Positions 10,701-22,978 of a stretch of 64,000 nt of DNA are shown here, one piece after another (within the stretch, counting starts at the first letter, position 1; the number at the start of each line of letters is the position of its first letter). The notes beneath the pieces are model-generated. The model was not told the DNA's origin. It saw only the letters and a list, made by a program, of their open reading frames with translations, and did not search any database. The translations under genes and the position numbers were made by a program. The DNA is taken from NCBI GenBank assembly GCA_034226945.1, contig CP120456.1, positions 744,001 to 808,000 of the forward strand. The letters are read 5' to 3'. Source of the stretch: Picochlorum sp. SENEW3. Taxonomy: Eukaryota.

Positions 10701-12190
10701 AGAATGCAGGAGATGGGTATTTGTCGATATTCAGTCAAGCTTTTGATGCAGGAGATGTCGTCTCTGAAGTTTGTTCTTCACAGTTGCTTTCAGAGTTGGA
10801 CTTAGAAGTGCCACATGAGAAGTATAACACCCTGATCAAGTTTTCATTGTTGCAGTGGCTGTGGTTTGATAGGGTTTGTGCAGGGTTGGCTCAGAGAGTA
10901 CGATATTCTGGAGGTTTATGCGTTGTAATTGCTTCAATACCCGAATCTCGAAGAGCCGAGTTGCAACTTAGAGGTAGGGCTGGGAGACAAGGAGATCCTG
11001 GCACAACCTCAATTGTAGCATCCCTTGAAGACCCAATTCTCTCTGCAGCATTGCTACCCAACCAGCAAAGAGATATTTGGAATTACATTGAAGATTCTGG
11101 CTCATCTGATGAACCTTTACCTTCTTTAGTTATTAATCCAATCATCAAGACTGTGACTCGTAATCAGGAGCAACTGCAACAAGGTGGAAGAGACGTGGCA
11201 AGAAAATACGATGCTGTGATTGACTCTTACCGGAGGCACGTGTATCGATTGCGCCGGATCATCACGCGTGGCGGTGAAATTTCTAGAGCTTCTCTGTTAA
11301 ACGGTATTTTAAGAGATACTGCCGCGGATATAGTTCAGGCAAATTGCGATCCAGAATCAGGAATCAAGGACTGGGACATAGAGGCTACAATTGATGACCT
11401 GATTAGCCTTCTCCAGCAGCCAGCATTGATGCTTCAGGCATCACATGAAAACTTCCCCCGAGTCAGCAATTTCAAACATCCTGAGAGTGCATGTATATCC
11501 ACTCATGTTTTGGACGAGTTTTTGATCGCTCTTGTGGAGGAAACTGAGGTCGAAAATCCAACCTCGTTGCCCTTACATATGCAGGTACGCAGAGCATTGC
11601 AGACAGGATCACGGGATACGCTACCAAATTTGAATTTCAAACATTCATCAATTTCTATGACATCTATGAGGAGAAAAGCTATCCTATCGGTGCGATCAAA
11701 TCTAAAAACTCCCAAAAATGCGCATGATGCACTGGTGCTTTGGGCAGGCGATGTTCTCACCTCTGTGTACGAAGCGAAGCGGCATGCCTGTCATGAAGCT
11801 CTGACGTGCAGCGAGCTGACCAATGCTCCATTGAATGCATTTCAATCAAACGCTATCGTACGAGTTTGGGAAAGAGATATTGCCCTTGCCTGTATTGATT
11901 CTCTCTGGTCAGATTTTCTCCAAGACGTGACAGTTTTGCAGGCAGCTTCACAGTCCCGGGCATTCAGCATGTTTGACCCCGTCGACGAATTTCGACTTGA
12001 AGCAGCGACAGCTTTCACTCGACTTTTGCGAGAATACAGTCATATCGTTTCTTCAAAGCTTTTAGGACCCGTTGATCTTCTTCACCTTCGATATCTAGAG
12101 AGTTCTGGCACATCTAGATCACATGCTGCCAGGCATCAGAGCGACAAGGAAGATATCAGACATGTACTCAAAATGATCGAGTCATCTTGA
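7750..12190 (+). CDS. secA: Plastid SecA-like preprotein translocase ATPase (divergent; possibly SecA2)
   Basis: GEGKT Walker A, TVNDYLAQRD, DEVDSILIDEAR, GMTGTA, MAGRGTDI, QLRGRAGRQGDPG. In-frame intron 8608-8689 joins ORFs 7714..8700 and 8684..12190. Confidence 0.9.
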
Positions 12191-12230
12191 GAGTTAAATA
12201 ATTTATTCAATAAAATGGTGTATTCTATCA

Positions 12231-13448
12231 TCAGGTTTCCTCAATAAGATTGCATGTATCAAATGCCCACAGTCCAATGAGATTATTTGACTTGACCTGA
12301 CTTTCCTCATCAGAGTCAATATCTGGACTTGAAAACTGTCGTTCTCCATGCGATGTAGCAAGGAGAGCTTCTGAAGGATGAAAATGACATCCATTAATGC
12401 AGTCTGGAGCCGCCTGAAATGCTGAAACAGGCTTTCCATCTCGCAAATCATATATGCTCACTCTCCCATCATCCCCTCCACTCGCCAAATGCCTTCCCGA
12501 AGGCTCAATATCAAAATAAATCTTTTGATTCGTTCTCGTTGACTCCCTTCTAATTGTATACACCGCTCCAGTCAAATATCTCGCGTCCCAACAAAACAAT
12601 GAGGCATCCTTTCTGGCTCCCGTGTATAGGTAATTGCCATCTACAGAAAACTCCATGTGGGTCACACCACCGCTGTGACCCTCCAACAAACAAATCATCT
12701 CTCTACTACGTATGTCATGTAATCCTGCACTATACGTTCCATATGAACCGACAGCTACCACGTGCTCTAATGCAGTCCCCACAACACCTGGCACAACACT
12801 GGAAATAATGCCCTGCTGAGTATCATCAACTGATTTCAGCAGATAACCATCACTATACTTCCCTGGGCACGTGACGTCAAATACATAAACAGTGGACATC
12901 CCTCCAGCGTACAAAAACTGCCCGGAGCCAGAGAATGCAACGCTATACACGGACACCATCTCATCCCGTGTTGCATCCATGGCCACATATGATCCCCGTA
13001 TCCCTCCTGTATATCCATCATATATATGTACAGGCCGACCTCGACCACTCGAAGCAAAACAAAAGCTCGAATCATCCATGCACGATGCACATGGAAACCA
13101 CGCATACGAATACACAGCATCCTGCTTGCCCATCTCCAACCCATGTACAGCCTCATCAGAATTTCCATCAGACTCTATTTTGTCACTACAATCCCGCGGA
13201 CTCCACTGCGTTCCATCTACAATCCCTTCTAAATCTTCTATAACCATCCTATGTGCTTCCGATCCACCACTCGAATCACTGATGCATGTCAATAGACAAG
13301 TCCCATCTGGACACCATTCTACACCAGATGCAAAACAGGTGTGTTTGTTGTCTCCATCAGATGATGATCTCACCCAGCGAGGAGGCTGATGTACATCTAT
13401 ACATACACGTTGACGCCATAATCTCCCAGCAATGGCATCCATCATCAT
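12231..13448 (-). CDS. WD40 protein, telomerase Cajal body protein 1 (TCAB1/WRAP53)-like
   Basis: WCPDGTCLLT, YSYAWFP, GHSGGVTH, YTGARKD, TNQKIYFDI and ATSHGERQF match TCAB1-family motifs. Confidence 0.85.
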   Translation of the reverse strand: MMMDAIAGRLWRQRVCIDVHQPPRWVRSSSDGDNKHTCFASGVEWCPDGTCLLTCISDSSGGSEAHRMVIEDLEGIVDGTQWSPRDCSDKIESDGNSDEAVHGLEMGKQDAVYSYAWFPCASCMDDSSFCFASSGRGRPVHIYDGYTGGIRGSYVAMDATRDEMVSVYSVAFSGSGQFLYAGGMSTVYVFDVTCPGKYSDGYLLKSVDDTQQGIISSVVPGVVGTALEHVVAVGSYGTYSAGLHDIRSREMICLLEGHSGGVTHMEFSVDGNYLYTGARKDASLFCWDARYLTGAVYTIRRESTRTNQKIYFDIEPSGRHLASGGDDGRVSIYDLRDGKPVSAFQAAPDCINGCHFHPSEALLATSHGERQFSSPDIDSDEESQVKSNNLIGLWAFDTCNLIEET

Positions 13449-13956
13449 GATTTCAAGAGAAAAGACAGAAAAACAACAATGCACTCTGCTGAAATCAGCA
13501 GGTCACTTCCAGTACTGCCCCATCCTCGGCCCACCACATCAGCATTCCTGACAGCATTGAATCATATGAAATAATATCATGTACATCTACATATGCGAAT
13601 ACATACCAAAATTGGCCACACGATGCGTTGAACAAGTAGGAAACCATGATGGCTGTTTGGATATCTTAATACGGAACTCCAAAACCCTCATTACCCTATA
13701 TTCTGGCATGCATGGTCATTCTGGAACGTGTATGCCACAGAATTCATTCCTGAAGCATATTTAATTCAATACTATTTATGAAGTGTTGTATTTGAAACAA
13801 AATATCTGGCTCATTTTCCCTTAAAGAGTCACACGAGTGAGATCACGAATAATTCCACCGGCGAGCGGATTCTGTCGTCGTTGACAGAAAGAGAGACGGC
13901 ACAATCCGGCTAGAGAGTATATCGAGTATCAATATTGTCATGTTTTAAGTGTATTA

Positions 13957-16179
13957 ATGGCCATGAATAGGAGTATTCTTGGGGCTCGGGAGAGTTGCCC
14001 TTTTGCTCTCGGAAGAGATTCTCGAGACCTCGTTGGGTCACACGGAAGGGTTGTCATGGTCGGTATCGGAGGCCCCAAGGGGCGACTAGAATATCGCAAA
14101 ATAGATAATTATGGCTTACAGGTTGTGAAAAATCAACATAGATGCACTGGGATTTGCATGGCTGCTGCTGTGCCAGGAGGTGGTCGCCTGGAGCGCAAGC
14201 ACGCTGGTCTTGTGGGGAAAAAGCCAGATCCGGAGGATGGGCATAGGTTTACAATGGAAAAGGTTGTTCACATGCTTCGACTCGTAGTTGCCCAGGGATG
14301 GGAGAGGCACCAGGAAGGTACTAGGAGAGGGGATGGTGCTGTTGCTGTGGAAGAGGAGGGCAGTGTGATTGTGAAGGAGGATGTGGAAGATTCTGTGTTG
14401 CCTGATATCACACCTTTTTTGCGATCTGTTGGAATTATGGAGCTTTCTCATTTGAGGAAAATGAGTTGCATGTGCTCGCTGACGTATTTTATGGAGAGAA
14501 AGGTGAGGCAAGAGTCTTTGAAGAGATTGGGATTGACATTGGTGACAAGTTCTCATGCATGTGATGAGAAATTGAAAGAAGATATGGATATTTCAGAGAG
14601 TGTCATGGATGTTTTTCATCATGGAGATGGGATGGGAATTGATTGGAGGGAATTTGATAGGAATGAGGTGGATGAGGAGGAGGATGAGATTCGAGGCACC
14701 CTTGAGAATGAGACTCTTGGTGGCGAAGCTACGTGGGCGGAGCAGGGTTTGACGATGATGAATATGGCAATGCATCATATGGTGGCAAAAGAAGGCGGAA
14801 AATATGTAGTGTATCAGAGTCCAGAGGACAGGAAGAATGGCACAGCCAGAAGCAGCAGCCATGATAGGCTCAAGGCTGCAAAGGATTTGAACGAGACGAA
14901 ACGAATTTTAGAATATTCAGAAGGAGATATTCATCATAGGGCTATACCTGCTTCGGGAAAAGCAAACAATATAAGTTATTTTGATGGTCTCAAGCGGGAT
15001 CAGGTTGAGGGGCGTGAGAAGGATGGCGACAAGAGTAGACAGTTTGTTACTGGGTCAAAATCATCATCATTGTCGTGTCCGACACATTGGTATGTTGCTG
15101 ATGATGATGAACATCGTATCAGGTACTTTGTTATCCAAGGAAGTGATAATATTCATCATTGGAAGCTGAACCTTACCTTTGACCCAGTGCAATTTGAGAG
15201 TGCTTCACTTGGTGTTAAAGCACATCGAGGTGTATATAATGCTGCATGCCAGCTATACGATGTGTTTTTGCCACTAATTATGGAGCATATTGAAGCACAC
15301 CCTTCTTCTACGATTGCTTTTACCGGTCATTCTTTGGGTGGTAGTCTTGGGACTATGCTGATGATGATGTACCTGCACAGAGGTGTGTTGGAGCCCCATA
15401 ATTTGGCCCCAGTGCATACGTTTGGTTCTCCAGCAGTCTTTTGTGGTGGCGAATCCTGCACTGGGAGCTGTTGTGGATTGGATGAGAAGCATATTGGTGT
15501 CTTGGATAGGCTTGGTTTGCCTCATGATGCTGTGCGAAATGTCATCATGCATAAGGATATTGTTCCGAGGGCTTTTGCATGTGACTATGCCCTCGTAGCA
15601 GACTTTTTAAAGAGTGTCCATGAAAATTTCAGAAAGCATCATTGTTTGTCCGGGGATCGAAGAGTGATGTTTAATACAATTGGGCAGACATTGATTGTGC
15701 AGCCAGATGAGGACGCTTCATTTGTAAATGGAGAAGGCTATCATCCTTTGCTGCCAAAAGGCCCTAAAATATTTGCACTCAAGCATGCTAAATCACAAGA
15801 GAACTTATGCAACGGTCCTGCCCTTGAAACAGATGGAGAAAGCAATGCTCAAAACCCTTCTTATTCGAGAAAGGTCCATTCATCTGAGGAGGCATATTGG
15901 GAGTTGATGAATATGCCACATCCTTTGGAGATTTTGGGCAATCCAGGAGCATATGGCGACTCTGGGTCTATATCCAGGTACCACAACCCGGATAATTACA
16001 CCAGAGCTCTTCGAGGGGTTTTGAAGAGCAGGAGTAAAAATGCTCAAACAGTTTTGGAGAGAGCAGGACAAGAGCAGATTACATACAAGCCTCGAATTGA
16101 TAAAAATAGAAGGGATGATGTTTTCAGACCGTCCCCTGTCTCGGGAAAATCAACAATCCCCCAGCTGAGGAGACAGTAA
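13957..16179 (+). CDS. Class 3 lipase, plastid phospholipase A1 PLIP-like
   Basis: FTGHSLGG nucleophile elbow; CPTHWYVADD, FVIQGS, HKDIVPRAF, PHPLEIL..AYG..GSISRYH resemble plant PLIP1-3. Confidence 0.88.
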   Translation: MAMNRSILGARESCPFALGRDSRDLVGSHGRVVMVGIGGPKGRLEYRKIDNYGLQVVKNQHRCTGICMAAAVPGGGRLERKHAGLVGKKPDPEDGHRFTMEKVVHMLRLVVAQGWERHQEGTRRGDGAVAVEEEGSVIVKEDVEDSVLPDITPFLRSVGIMELSHLRKMSCMCSLTYFMERKVRQESLKRLGLTLVTSSHACDEKLKEDMDISESVMDVFHHGDGMGIDWREFDRNEVDEEEDEIRGTLENETLGGEATWAEQGLTMMNMAMHHMVAKEGGKYVVYQSPEDRKNGTARSSSHDRLKAAKDLNETKRILEYSEGDIHHRAIPASGKANNISYFDGLKRDQVEGREKDGDKSRQFVTGSKSSSLSCPTHWYVADDDEHRIRYFVIQGSDNIHHWKLNLTFDPVQFESASLGVKAHRGVYNAACQLYDVFLPLIMEHIEAHPSSTIAFTGHSLGGSLGTMLMMMYLHRGVLEPHNLAPVHTFGSPAVFCGGESCTGSCCGLDEKHIGVLDRLGLPHDAVRNVIMHKDIVPRAFACDYALVADFLKSVHENFRKHHCLSGDRRVMFNTIGQTLIVQPDEDASFVNGEGYHPLLPKGPKIFALKHAKSQENLCNGPALETDGESNAQNPSYSRKVHSSEEAYWELMNMPHPLEILGNPGAYGDSGSISRYHNPDNYTRALRGVLKSRSKNAQTVLERAGQEQITYKPRIDKNRRDDVFRPSPVSGKSTIPQLRRQ

Positions 16180-16379
16180 CACATTGCAAATATTTTGAAT
16201 CATATAGCGTTGTTTTGCTCACTATATCAGCATTAACTGTCATCAGCGTAATTTTGATATTCTTTGTTACCAGTGTAATACCAGTAATTATACTACCATT
16301 CTAGTTCAATGAGGTTTGCACTGCTACCACAAGAAAGGGCACACAGCATGCTGTCTCTATATTATCAGAGAGTCTTGAA

Positions 16380-17677
16380 CCCTCCCGCAACGGAATCAAA
16401 GCACCGCCAAGCAACAGATTGTCAAATGTCGTCGGGACGCAAGGGCAGTACGAGTTCCTTGGATAGGATGATGGCAGGCCTGACACACGTGTGCCCAGGT
16501 GGTGTGAGTAGATACAAGCATAGTAGGGTTACACGTCATGGCGTGATTGATTCATACAAACATGTGCATTTTCATACAGTGTGAGAATGTGTGACTTCCA
16601 CAGCAGTCCCCTTGCTGAGCATCTCCTGTTTCCGAGGATACCAGTTTGATCTCTCAAGCAGTGTTCCATCCAAGCTGGAAAGGCATCACACTTGGGGTGC
16701 CTTGACTGAAGGCACCACTCCATAAACTTTTCCTTTACCAAGCTGGCTTGATTTTGGTATAGTTGAAGTCGTCCACGGTCTTGATGGACATGGTAGATTG
16801 TGGTTTATGAGGCCGTCTTGGAGCAGTGGCTCCAACAACGGACGTCTGCTTGACAGCAATGGTGTGCTTGACAGCAGTATCCCTATCCTTGACGACTGTC
16901 CAGTTTGCCTTGCTGTCGACGCCTGCAGCCACGGTGAGATGTTGTTCCATGTTGGCCGCTGCTTTCCTGGCACGCCTGTTCTGTCGCCTCCTGAAATTCT
17001 TCTTGGCAGCCTTGGAGTACTGCTCGGCAGGCTCCGGCACCGCCACCTCCAGGAGCCCTCTTTGGAACAGCGGCGTGGGGTGCTTCCACGTGTTGGCACG
17101 GCGTGGTCTGAACTTCTTGGCCACTGCAGCATGTCACAGAAATACGTGTGAGATCATCATCATGTCCACGGTGGCATCCACAAAGGCACGGGCACCGCCA
17201 GGCCTCCAGGTGGGATCCTGGCAAGCAGCGGGCAAGGCCATGACGAAGCGGGTCTCGTGTGTTAACAACGCCACCCAACTCCCGGTGTCACCACCCACCA
17301 TGCCCCCCAAACCCACCTCCCCGGGGGCTCAAACACTGTAATATGATATAAGACACGTACTTTGGATAACGATAGCAGCAATGCGCGCTTGATGAGCGAG
17401 TCGGTATGAACTCGAATCGAATCAAATCAGATCGTGAGCAGTGGAACGAATTCCCTTGTGTTTGTGGTGCCTGCGTGGTTGTTTGGCAGTCACGGTAGCA
17501 CGTGTATGTTTTGAGTGTCAGTTATCTGACGTTGCGATGTTGTTTGTTGTATTTTGTTTGCGGTAGGTGGTTGGTATGGTGGTGCATTTGAGCGGTTGTT
17601 GGGTCCCGATGGCGCCTGGGGGGTCCTGCCCTCATCCCCTCCCATGGCGCCGGGTGCTGGATGGGAGAGCGAGCGTA
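16380..17677 (-). mobile_element. Inverted monomer copy of the ~1.3-kb element
   Basis: Reverse complement of ~2625-3922 with few substitutions; inserted between the convergent 3' ends of the lipase and KsgA genes. Confidence 0.85.
16735..17361 (-). CDS. Element-encoded 129-aa basic protein, copy 3 (intron 17124-17360)
   Basis: Translation identical to 3178..3567; the same 237-nt intron splits the ATG. Confidence 0.55.
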
Positions 17678-17719
17678 AGAACTTAACACTCGTGACATTA
17701 CAATATAACCAGGCTATAT

Positions 17720-18739
17720 TCAGGCCTTTTGATATTCATGAATAGCCCAAGATAAAGCAACAAATTCATCCAGGGAGAGACTCTGTGCCCGTGCATCCAC
17801 AGGCAGTCCACACTGTTTCAAACATTCCTGAATCTCTGGACCCTCCAGTGTTGGGCGCAGTGCATTCGATAGCATCTTCCGTTTTTGCAGAAATCCCCTC
17901 TTCACTAATGAGATAAAGTCCTTCTCACAAGGAACAGGTTTTCTTTCCGATTTCGATTTCAGCTGCAGTTCCACGAGGGCTCCATCTACTTTTGGAACAG
18001 GTGTATATTTAAATCTGTCCACTCTAAAGACATACTTGGCGTCGCAATAATACTGCAGAATAATATTCATCGCTCTCCAGTCCGTAGACCCTGGCGAATT
18101 TTCTATCAAACGAACCGCAACTTCATGCTGCAACATGAGAAGTAGGGTTGAGTACTCTTCACCCATGGGTAGTGCTTTCATCAAAAAATCCCTGGTAATA
18201 TTATACGGCAGATTTCCCATGAGGAGGATTCTTTCCGATTGGTTGTTCGAGTCCTCCGGAAAGTATAGTGCACGAGCATCACGTGCAACTTTGCCCAAAT
18301 CAACCTTCAACACATCTTGGTGAAGGACTGTCAGGTTCTCTGACACGGCATGCGCCATACCTCTGGTCTCCTTCAAGTCTTCATCATCCTCAATATCCTG
18401 TGATTCATTTGTCAAGTATCGAAACAACCTATCATCCTTTTCAACAGCATACACTCGAGCACCACTTTTCACCAACTGCTTTGTCATAGCTCCAGTCCCT
18501 GGCCCCACTTCAACCACAATACAAGATCCATTTACACCACTGTAATCGACAATATCCCAAATAACAGAGTCATCTTCCATAAAGTTCTGTCCCATGGACT
18601 TTTTGGGCCTAAAATTCTTCTCCTTTAATCTATTCCGAATAGTCCCACCACTCTGAGTCCACAACCAACCCTTCTCTGCTGGCTTTCTTGGCGATGCAGA
18701 CGCCTTGACTACATTTCTAGAACACAAATGAAACCTCAT
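17720..18739 (-). CDS. ksgA: rRNA adenine dimethyltransferase KsgA/RsmA (PFC1-like, organellar)
   Basis: KKSMGQNF, EVGPGTGAMT, VEKD, GNLPYNIT, PVPKVD, KRKMLSNAL. Confidence 0.92.
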   Translation of the reverse strand: MRFHLCSRNVVKASASPRKPAEKGWLWTQSGGTIRNRLKEKNFRPKKSMGQNFMEDDSVIWDIVDYSGVNGSCIVVEVGPGTGAMTKQLVKSGARVYAVEKDDRLFRYLTNESQDIEDDEDLKETRGMAHAVSENLTVLHQDVLKVDLGKVARDARALYFPEDSNNQSERILLMGNLPYNITRDFLMKALPMGEEYSTLLLMLQHEVAVRLIENSPGSTDWRAMNIILQYYCDAKYVFRVDRFKYTPVPKVDGALVELQLKSKSERKPVPCEKDFISLVKRGFLQKRKMLSNALRPTLEGPEIQECLKQCGLPVDARAQSLSLDEFVALSWAIHEYQKA

Positions 18740-19044
18740 ACTGTCCGTTCGATGCTAAAACTCCCAGGTGTGGAATTAACGCAGGAATGTAAAAGATGCA
18801 TGGCGTCCGAACATGCAATCTTCGGAGTACATGCCTTCCAAATCAACAATTAATGAATATAAAATTATTATTCAATAGCAGAACGTATCCATTTGGATTG
18901 GATGGGTGTCACAAGTGTGTTGTTTAATGCGATATTAAGGAACTTTCCCATGTTGATGTATTCATATATTATTACCAATCGTCGCCAACAGGGCCTACAA
19001 AAAAAAAAGGAATCAAAATACCTGTACTATATGATTTGAATTGA

Positions 19045-21570
19045 ATGCATCTGTCGACTATGGCACTCAGGCGTGAGACCTCACGTTGGTGGTGGATCAT
19101 TCTTTATTGCACGTATTACCTCCACCTTGTCTGTGTTCGGGCACAAATCAGTGATGCTATTGCTAAAGATGGGGATATGAAAGTGGATGCGTCGAATAAA
19201 TTTCTGAAAAGGGAAGCATCTTCGGCAAGTAATACGAAATTTACTCAGAAGAAGTTTGATACTTGTCCTGATTCTAGCATAGATTTATCTATACGATGGC
19301 ATACTGAGTTATCATCTAGTGTGCATGCAACACCGTTGATAACAGATCTATATAATGACGGGCATAAGGATATCCTGGTGCCTGGGTTGAAACAGTCTGT
19401 GGATTTGGTTAGTGGGCGGTCAGGGGCTTTGGATACTGGTTTTGAGGCAAATCATAAATCTTCCATGTATTCCTCTCCTCTTCTATATGATGTAGATTAT
19501 GATGGGGTTCTCGATATCATGCTGCCGGGGTATAATGGTAGAATTCAGTTTGCCAAGGATACAGGAGCTGATGCTATTTATGGGTTGATTATCCCCAGGC
19601 TTCAAGTGAAGAGGGATTGGTTTGAGGGGTTGAATTTGGATCCCAATGATCATTCAAATCCTGATGTACAGGCTGTGGAAGGTGATGATAGTGGGATGGG
19701 CGAGCGTGTCGTGACACGAAGAGCACGGTCGCTTTTAGCAGAGCAGCAGCAAAAGAGTACTAAGAAAGCGACTGTAGAAAAGAGGGATAGACTGACGGAT
19801 GAGGCGTCGCAATCTTTTAAGGATTTGTTTGATGATAGTGATGCAGCAGACGGAGAGGATGGTGCTTGGTTGGACGATCCATTGGAAAATACGGATGTAG
19901 ATTATGATGATGTCAAGACAGACGAGAATGATGGAAAGGACACTGAAACGAAACAGGAGACTGACACTGGTCATTTTACGGATGATTATTTTTTGGATTA
20001 TGATGCTCAATATCATATCAACTCAGAGATGTGGGAGGATGACTTGCATGCTACAGGGAAGCATGGGGCTGATGAGATGAAGAGTCCATATGTGTGGATT
20101 GATCCTCATATTCAAACCACGCCAGTCATTGGGGATATCGACGGGGATGACAGGGAAGAATTAGTTCTCGCAGTGTCTTACTTTTTTGATCCTGGAGAGT
20201 ATAGCGCGGATTCTTCCATGGCAAAATTTGCTGTCGGTGAGAATGGGGATATTCAAAAGTATCTTGCCTCTGGAATTGTTGTGTATGATCTGAGCAGTAG
20301 AATCGTGAAATGGAGCCAGCACTTGGATTTGTCGACTGCGTACACCCGATACAAAGCAGCCGCTTTGTCGTCACCAGCAATAGGTGATGTCAATGGAGAT
20401 GGTTTGTTGGAGGTGGTTGTGGGGACATCCATGGGATTTTTATATGTGCTAGATGCCAAGACTGGAAATGCATTAGATGGGTGGCCAATCCAGATGGGAG
20501 ATATTCAGGGGCATGTGGCTGTGGCAGATATTGACCAGGATGGAAAGCTAGAGATAATTGCGACGGATACTCGTGGGAGTATTGCTGCGTTCAGGGGTGA
20601 TGGAACTGAAGTCTGGGAGTCCCATGTTGGGAGTGCATTCACTGCTGGTGTGACTTTTGGGGACGTTGATGGCGATGGACAGCTTGAGGGAGCTTTTGCA
20701 ACGACAGATGGTCGTGTGTATCTGGTTGATGCAGCAACGGGGGCGACTAAGAAAGGGTTCCCCTTTAGAACTTTTGGCAAGATATCTGCTCCCGTTCTCA
20801 TTACTAAAGTGGACAATGCGGACAAAAACGCAGCAATGCAGCTCGTTTTGACGTCACATGATGGATATTTATACGTCATTGATCCTGTGAGTCTTTGTAC
20901 AAGTGCACTGAATATTGGAGAGCCAAGTAATTCCATGGTCCTTGCGGAAGATGTCTCCTCCACAGGAACCATGGACCTCATTGTGGCAACAACAGGTGGA
21001 AACCTGTACTCCATCCGCACAACGTCAAAGTATCACCCTCTCAAGACAAGGAGTGCCTTTTTACCTGGTGTGTCAGAAGCTAGCTATGTCGCTCCATGGA
21101 ACTGGGTTGGAATCTATGCTGTAGCGGGAACTAGAATTCCTAGAGATGTGAGGGGATCACATCTTCAAATTCGCTTCACTGTCATGGACAAGCGAGCATT
21201 ATCGTACTCTAAAAAGGTGAATGATAAAGTAGTGCCCGCAAAGCTTTCGTATAAAATCATAGCAACTTTGGTTGGCGTCGGAGCAAAGGAAATGAATGCA
21301 GGAGATCACCCGGTGATTGGTTTGTCACAGACAGTCAATACAACGGGAACATACATGATGGATTTGCCATGTCCGCGCAGCAGAACAACAGCAACTATAC
21401 GCCTGGAAATGAAGGATGACAGTGGATCAATATATGTAGATGAATTTGCGCTGTCATTCCATGTCCATTTCTACAGGCTCCTGAAGTGGCTTGTTGTGGG
21501 CCCACTATCCATCATGGCAGCTGTTGTTATTGCCTTCCTGGGAGATCAAAAAGTTCATCTCCCAAGTTGA
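19045..21570 (+). CDS. DEX1: DEFECTIVE IN EXINE FORMATION 1-like FG-GAP repeat membrane protein
   Basis: Signal peptide, multiple DxDGDG repeats, ATPLITDL, AVSYFFD, C-terminal TM after FHVHFYRLLKW. Confidence 0.88.
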   Translation: MHLSTMALRRETSRWWWIILYCTYYLHLVCVRAQISDAIAKDGDMKVDASNKFLKREASSASNTKFTQKKFDTCPDSSIDLSIRWHTELSSSVHATPLITDLYNDGHKDILVPGLKQSVDLVSGRSGALDTGFEANHKSSMYSSPLLYDVDYDGVLDIMLPGYNGRIQFAKDTGADAIYGLIIPRLQVKRDWFEGLNLDPNDHSNPDVQAVEGDDSGMGERVVTRRARSLLAEQQQKSTKKATVEKRDRLTDEASQSFKDLFDDSDAADGEDGAWLDDPLENTDVDYDDVKTDENDGKDTETKQETDTGHFTDDYFLDYDAQYHINSEMWEDDLHATGKHGADEMKSPYVWIDPHIQTTPVIGDIDGDDREELVLAVSYFFDPGEYSADSSMAKFAVGENGDIQKYLASGIVVYDLSSRIVKWSQHLDLSTAYTRYKAAALSSPAIGDVNGDGLLEVVVGTSMGFLYVLDAKTGNALDGWPIQMGDIQGHVAVADIDQDGKLEIIATDTRGSIAAFRGDGTEVWESHVGSAFTAGVTFGDVDGDGQLEGAFATTDGRVYLVDAATGATKKGFPFRTFGKISAPVLITKVDNADKNAAMQLVLTSHDGYLYVIDPVSLCTSALNIGEPSNSMVLAEDVSSTGTMDLIVATTGGNLYSIRTTSKYHPLKTRSAFLPGVSEASYVAPWNWVGIYAVAGTRIPRDVRGSHLQIRFTVMDKRALSYSKKVNDKVVPAKLSYKIIATLVGVGAKEMNAGDHPVIGLSQTVNTTGTYMMDLPCPRSRTTATIRLEMKDDSGSIYVDEFALSFHVHFYRLLKWLVVGPLSIMAAVVIAFLGDQKVHLPS

Positions 21571-21615
21571 CTTGCATACTTATTACATATTGTTTAATCC
21601 ATAATATATCATGTA

Positions 21616-22795
21616 TTACTCTGCTCTGTCGAGCGTCTTGGAGTCAACGGCGAGTCCCATGGCGTTCAATCCGTTGTCAACATACATCACATGAGCTGTC
21701 ACAGCGGATGCCAGAGGAGAGCACAAGAAAGCAGCGACAGATCCAACCTCTGCAGCTGCAAGCTCCTTCTGAACAGGAGCATTCTCATATGAATATGCAA
21801 TCATGTCATCAATGAAACCAATAGCCTTGGCGGCACGAGATCCAAGTGGTCCAGCAGAAATTGTGTTTACTCTGACACCATATTTGCGGCCAGCTTCAAA
21901 TGCCAAGACCTTTGTATCAGATTCCAATGCAGCCTTGGCAGAACTCATTCCTCCACCATACCCTGGAATGATTCTCTCAGATGCGAGGTATGTCAAGGAC
22001 ACAACAGCACCCCCTGGATTCATGAGTGGACCAAAGCGCTGGACCATTGACACGAGAGAGTAGGAAGAAGCAGACATTGCTGCCAGATACCCCTTTCTGC
22101 TCGTCTCCAACAAAGGCTTGGTGACCTCTGGTCCATTTGCCAGAGAATGCACAACAATATCGACATTGCCAATATCAGCTTTCACCTTGTCAGCCACCTC
22201 TGACACAGTCCAACCTTCATTGCCAGCATATCTCTTGTTGGTTGCAATATCCTCTGGCACATCATCCACAGTATCAAAGACAGCATCCATTGGATAAATA
22301 TGGGTAAAATCCATCATGGATCCATCAGAAAGTTTTCTGGATTCATCAAACTTTCCTCTGCGGAAACTGGTCTCGAAAATCTTGAGAGCAGGAACCCACA
22401 CACCAATCGAAATCTCTGCTCCAGCCTCGGCAAGAGCCTTGGCAATGGCCCATCCGAAACCCTGATCATCAGCAATACCAGCGATGAACGCTTTCTTCCC
22501 TATATAAACAGATACATTGTATTTTAGAAGACGAATCAATCAATATCGCTGCCTCTGTCGACCTACCTCGAAGATCAATCTTGAGCCCTGCATCAGACCC
22601 AGTTGCCATGGCAGTCACCGCATGCACCTGACGAGACACCATAGTCGAAGCACCATGAGATCGAAAAGATTTCTGATCTTTTGGAGCCATCGCCGCCCTC
22701 TTCAGCCCAATATGCCTGACATGGGCAACAGGCGTGCAGCAGCATGTCGCAAGAACGCGCTGAGAGGCGCGGCACATTACAGTCGACGAGGCCAT
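21616..22795 (-). CDS. fabI: Plastid enoyl-ACP reductase (ENR/FabI)
   Basis: [48 protein letters not shown]. Intron 22500-22566; transit peptide in exon 1. Confidence 0.95.
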
Positions 22796-22978
22796 TTTTC
22801 CTGTCAATATTCCTTTACTTTTAGTTTGAAATACCTATTCATAGCACATTGTGCCATATCATTCGATCCAGATGTCAATCAGCGCTTGAAGGACAGAGTA
22901 TTTCGGGAGTTGAAAATTTTGGACAAAAAATTCACAATTCGGAACGATATGCAGAAGAAAAATTTACATAAATTCACC

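Noticed and set aside
17389..17425. Possible hammerhead ribozyme (TTGATGA-GCGAGT...ACTCG-AATC) in the element
   Set aside because: Lacks the CUGAUGA and GAAA core and has no convincing stems I/III.
16377..17682. GAAC as a TSD of the monomer copy
   Set aside because: Only 4 bp, needs a boundary shift and one unmatched base, and is not seen at the tandem copy.
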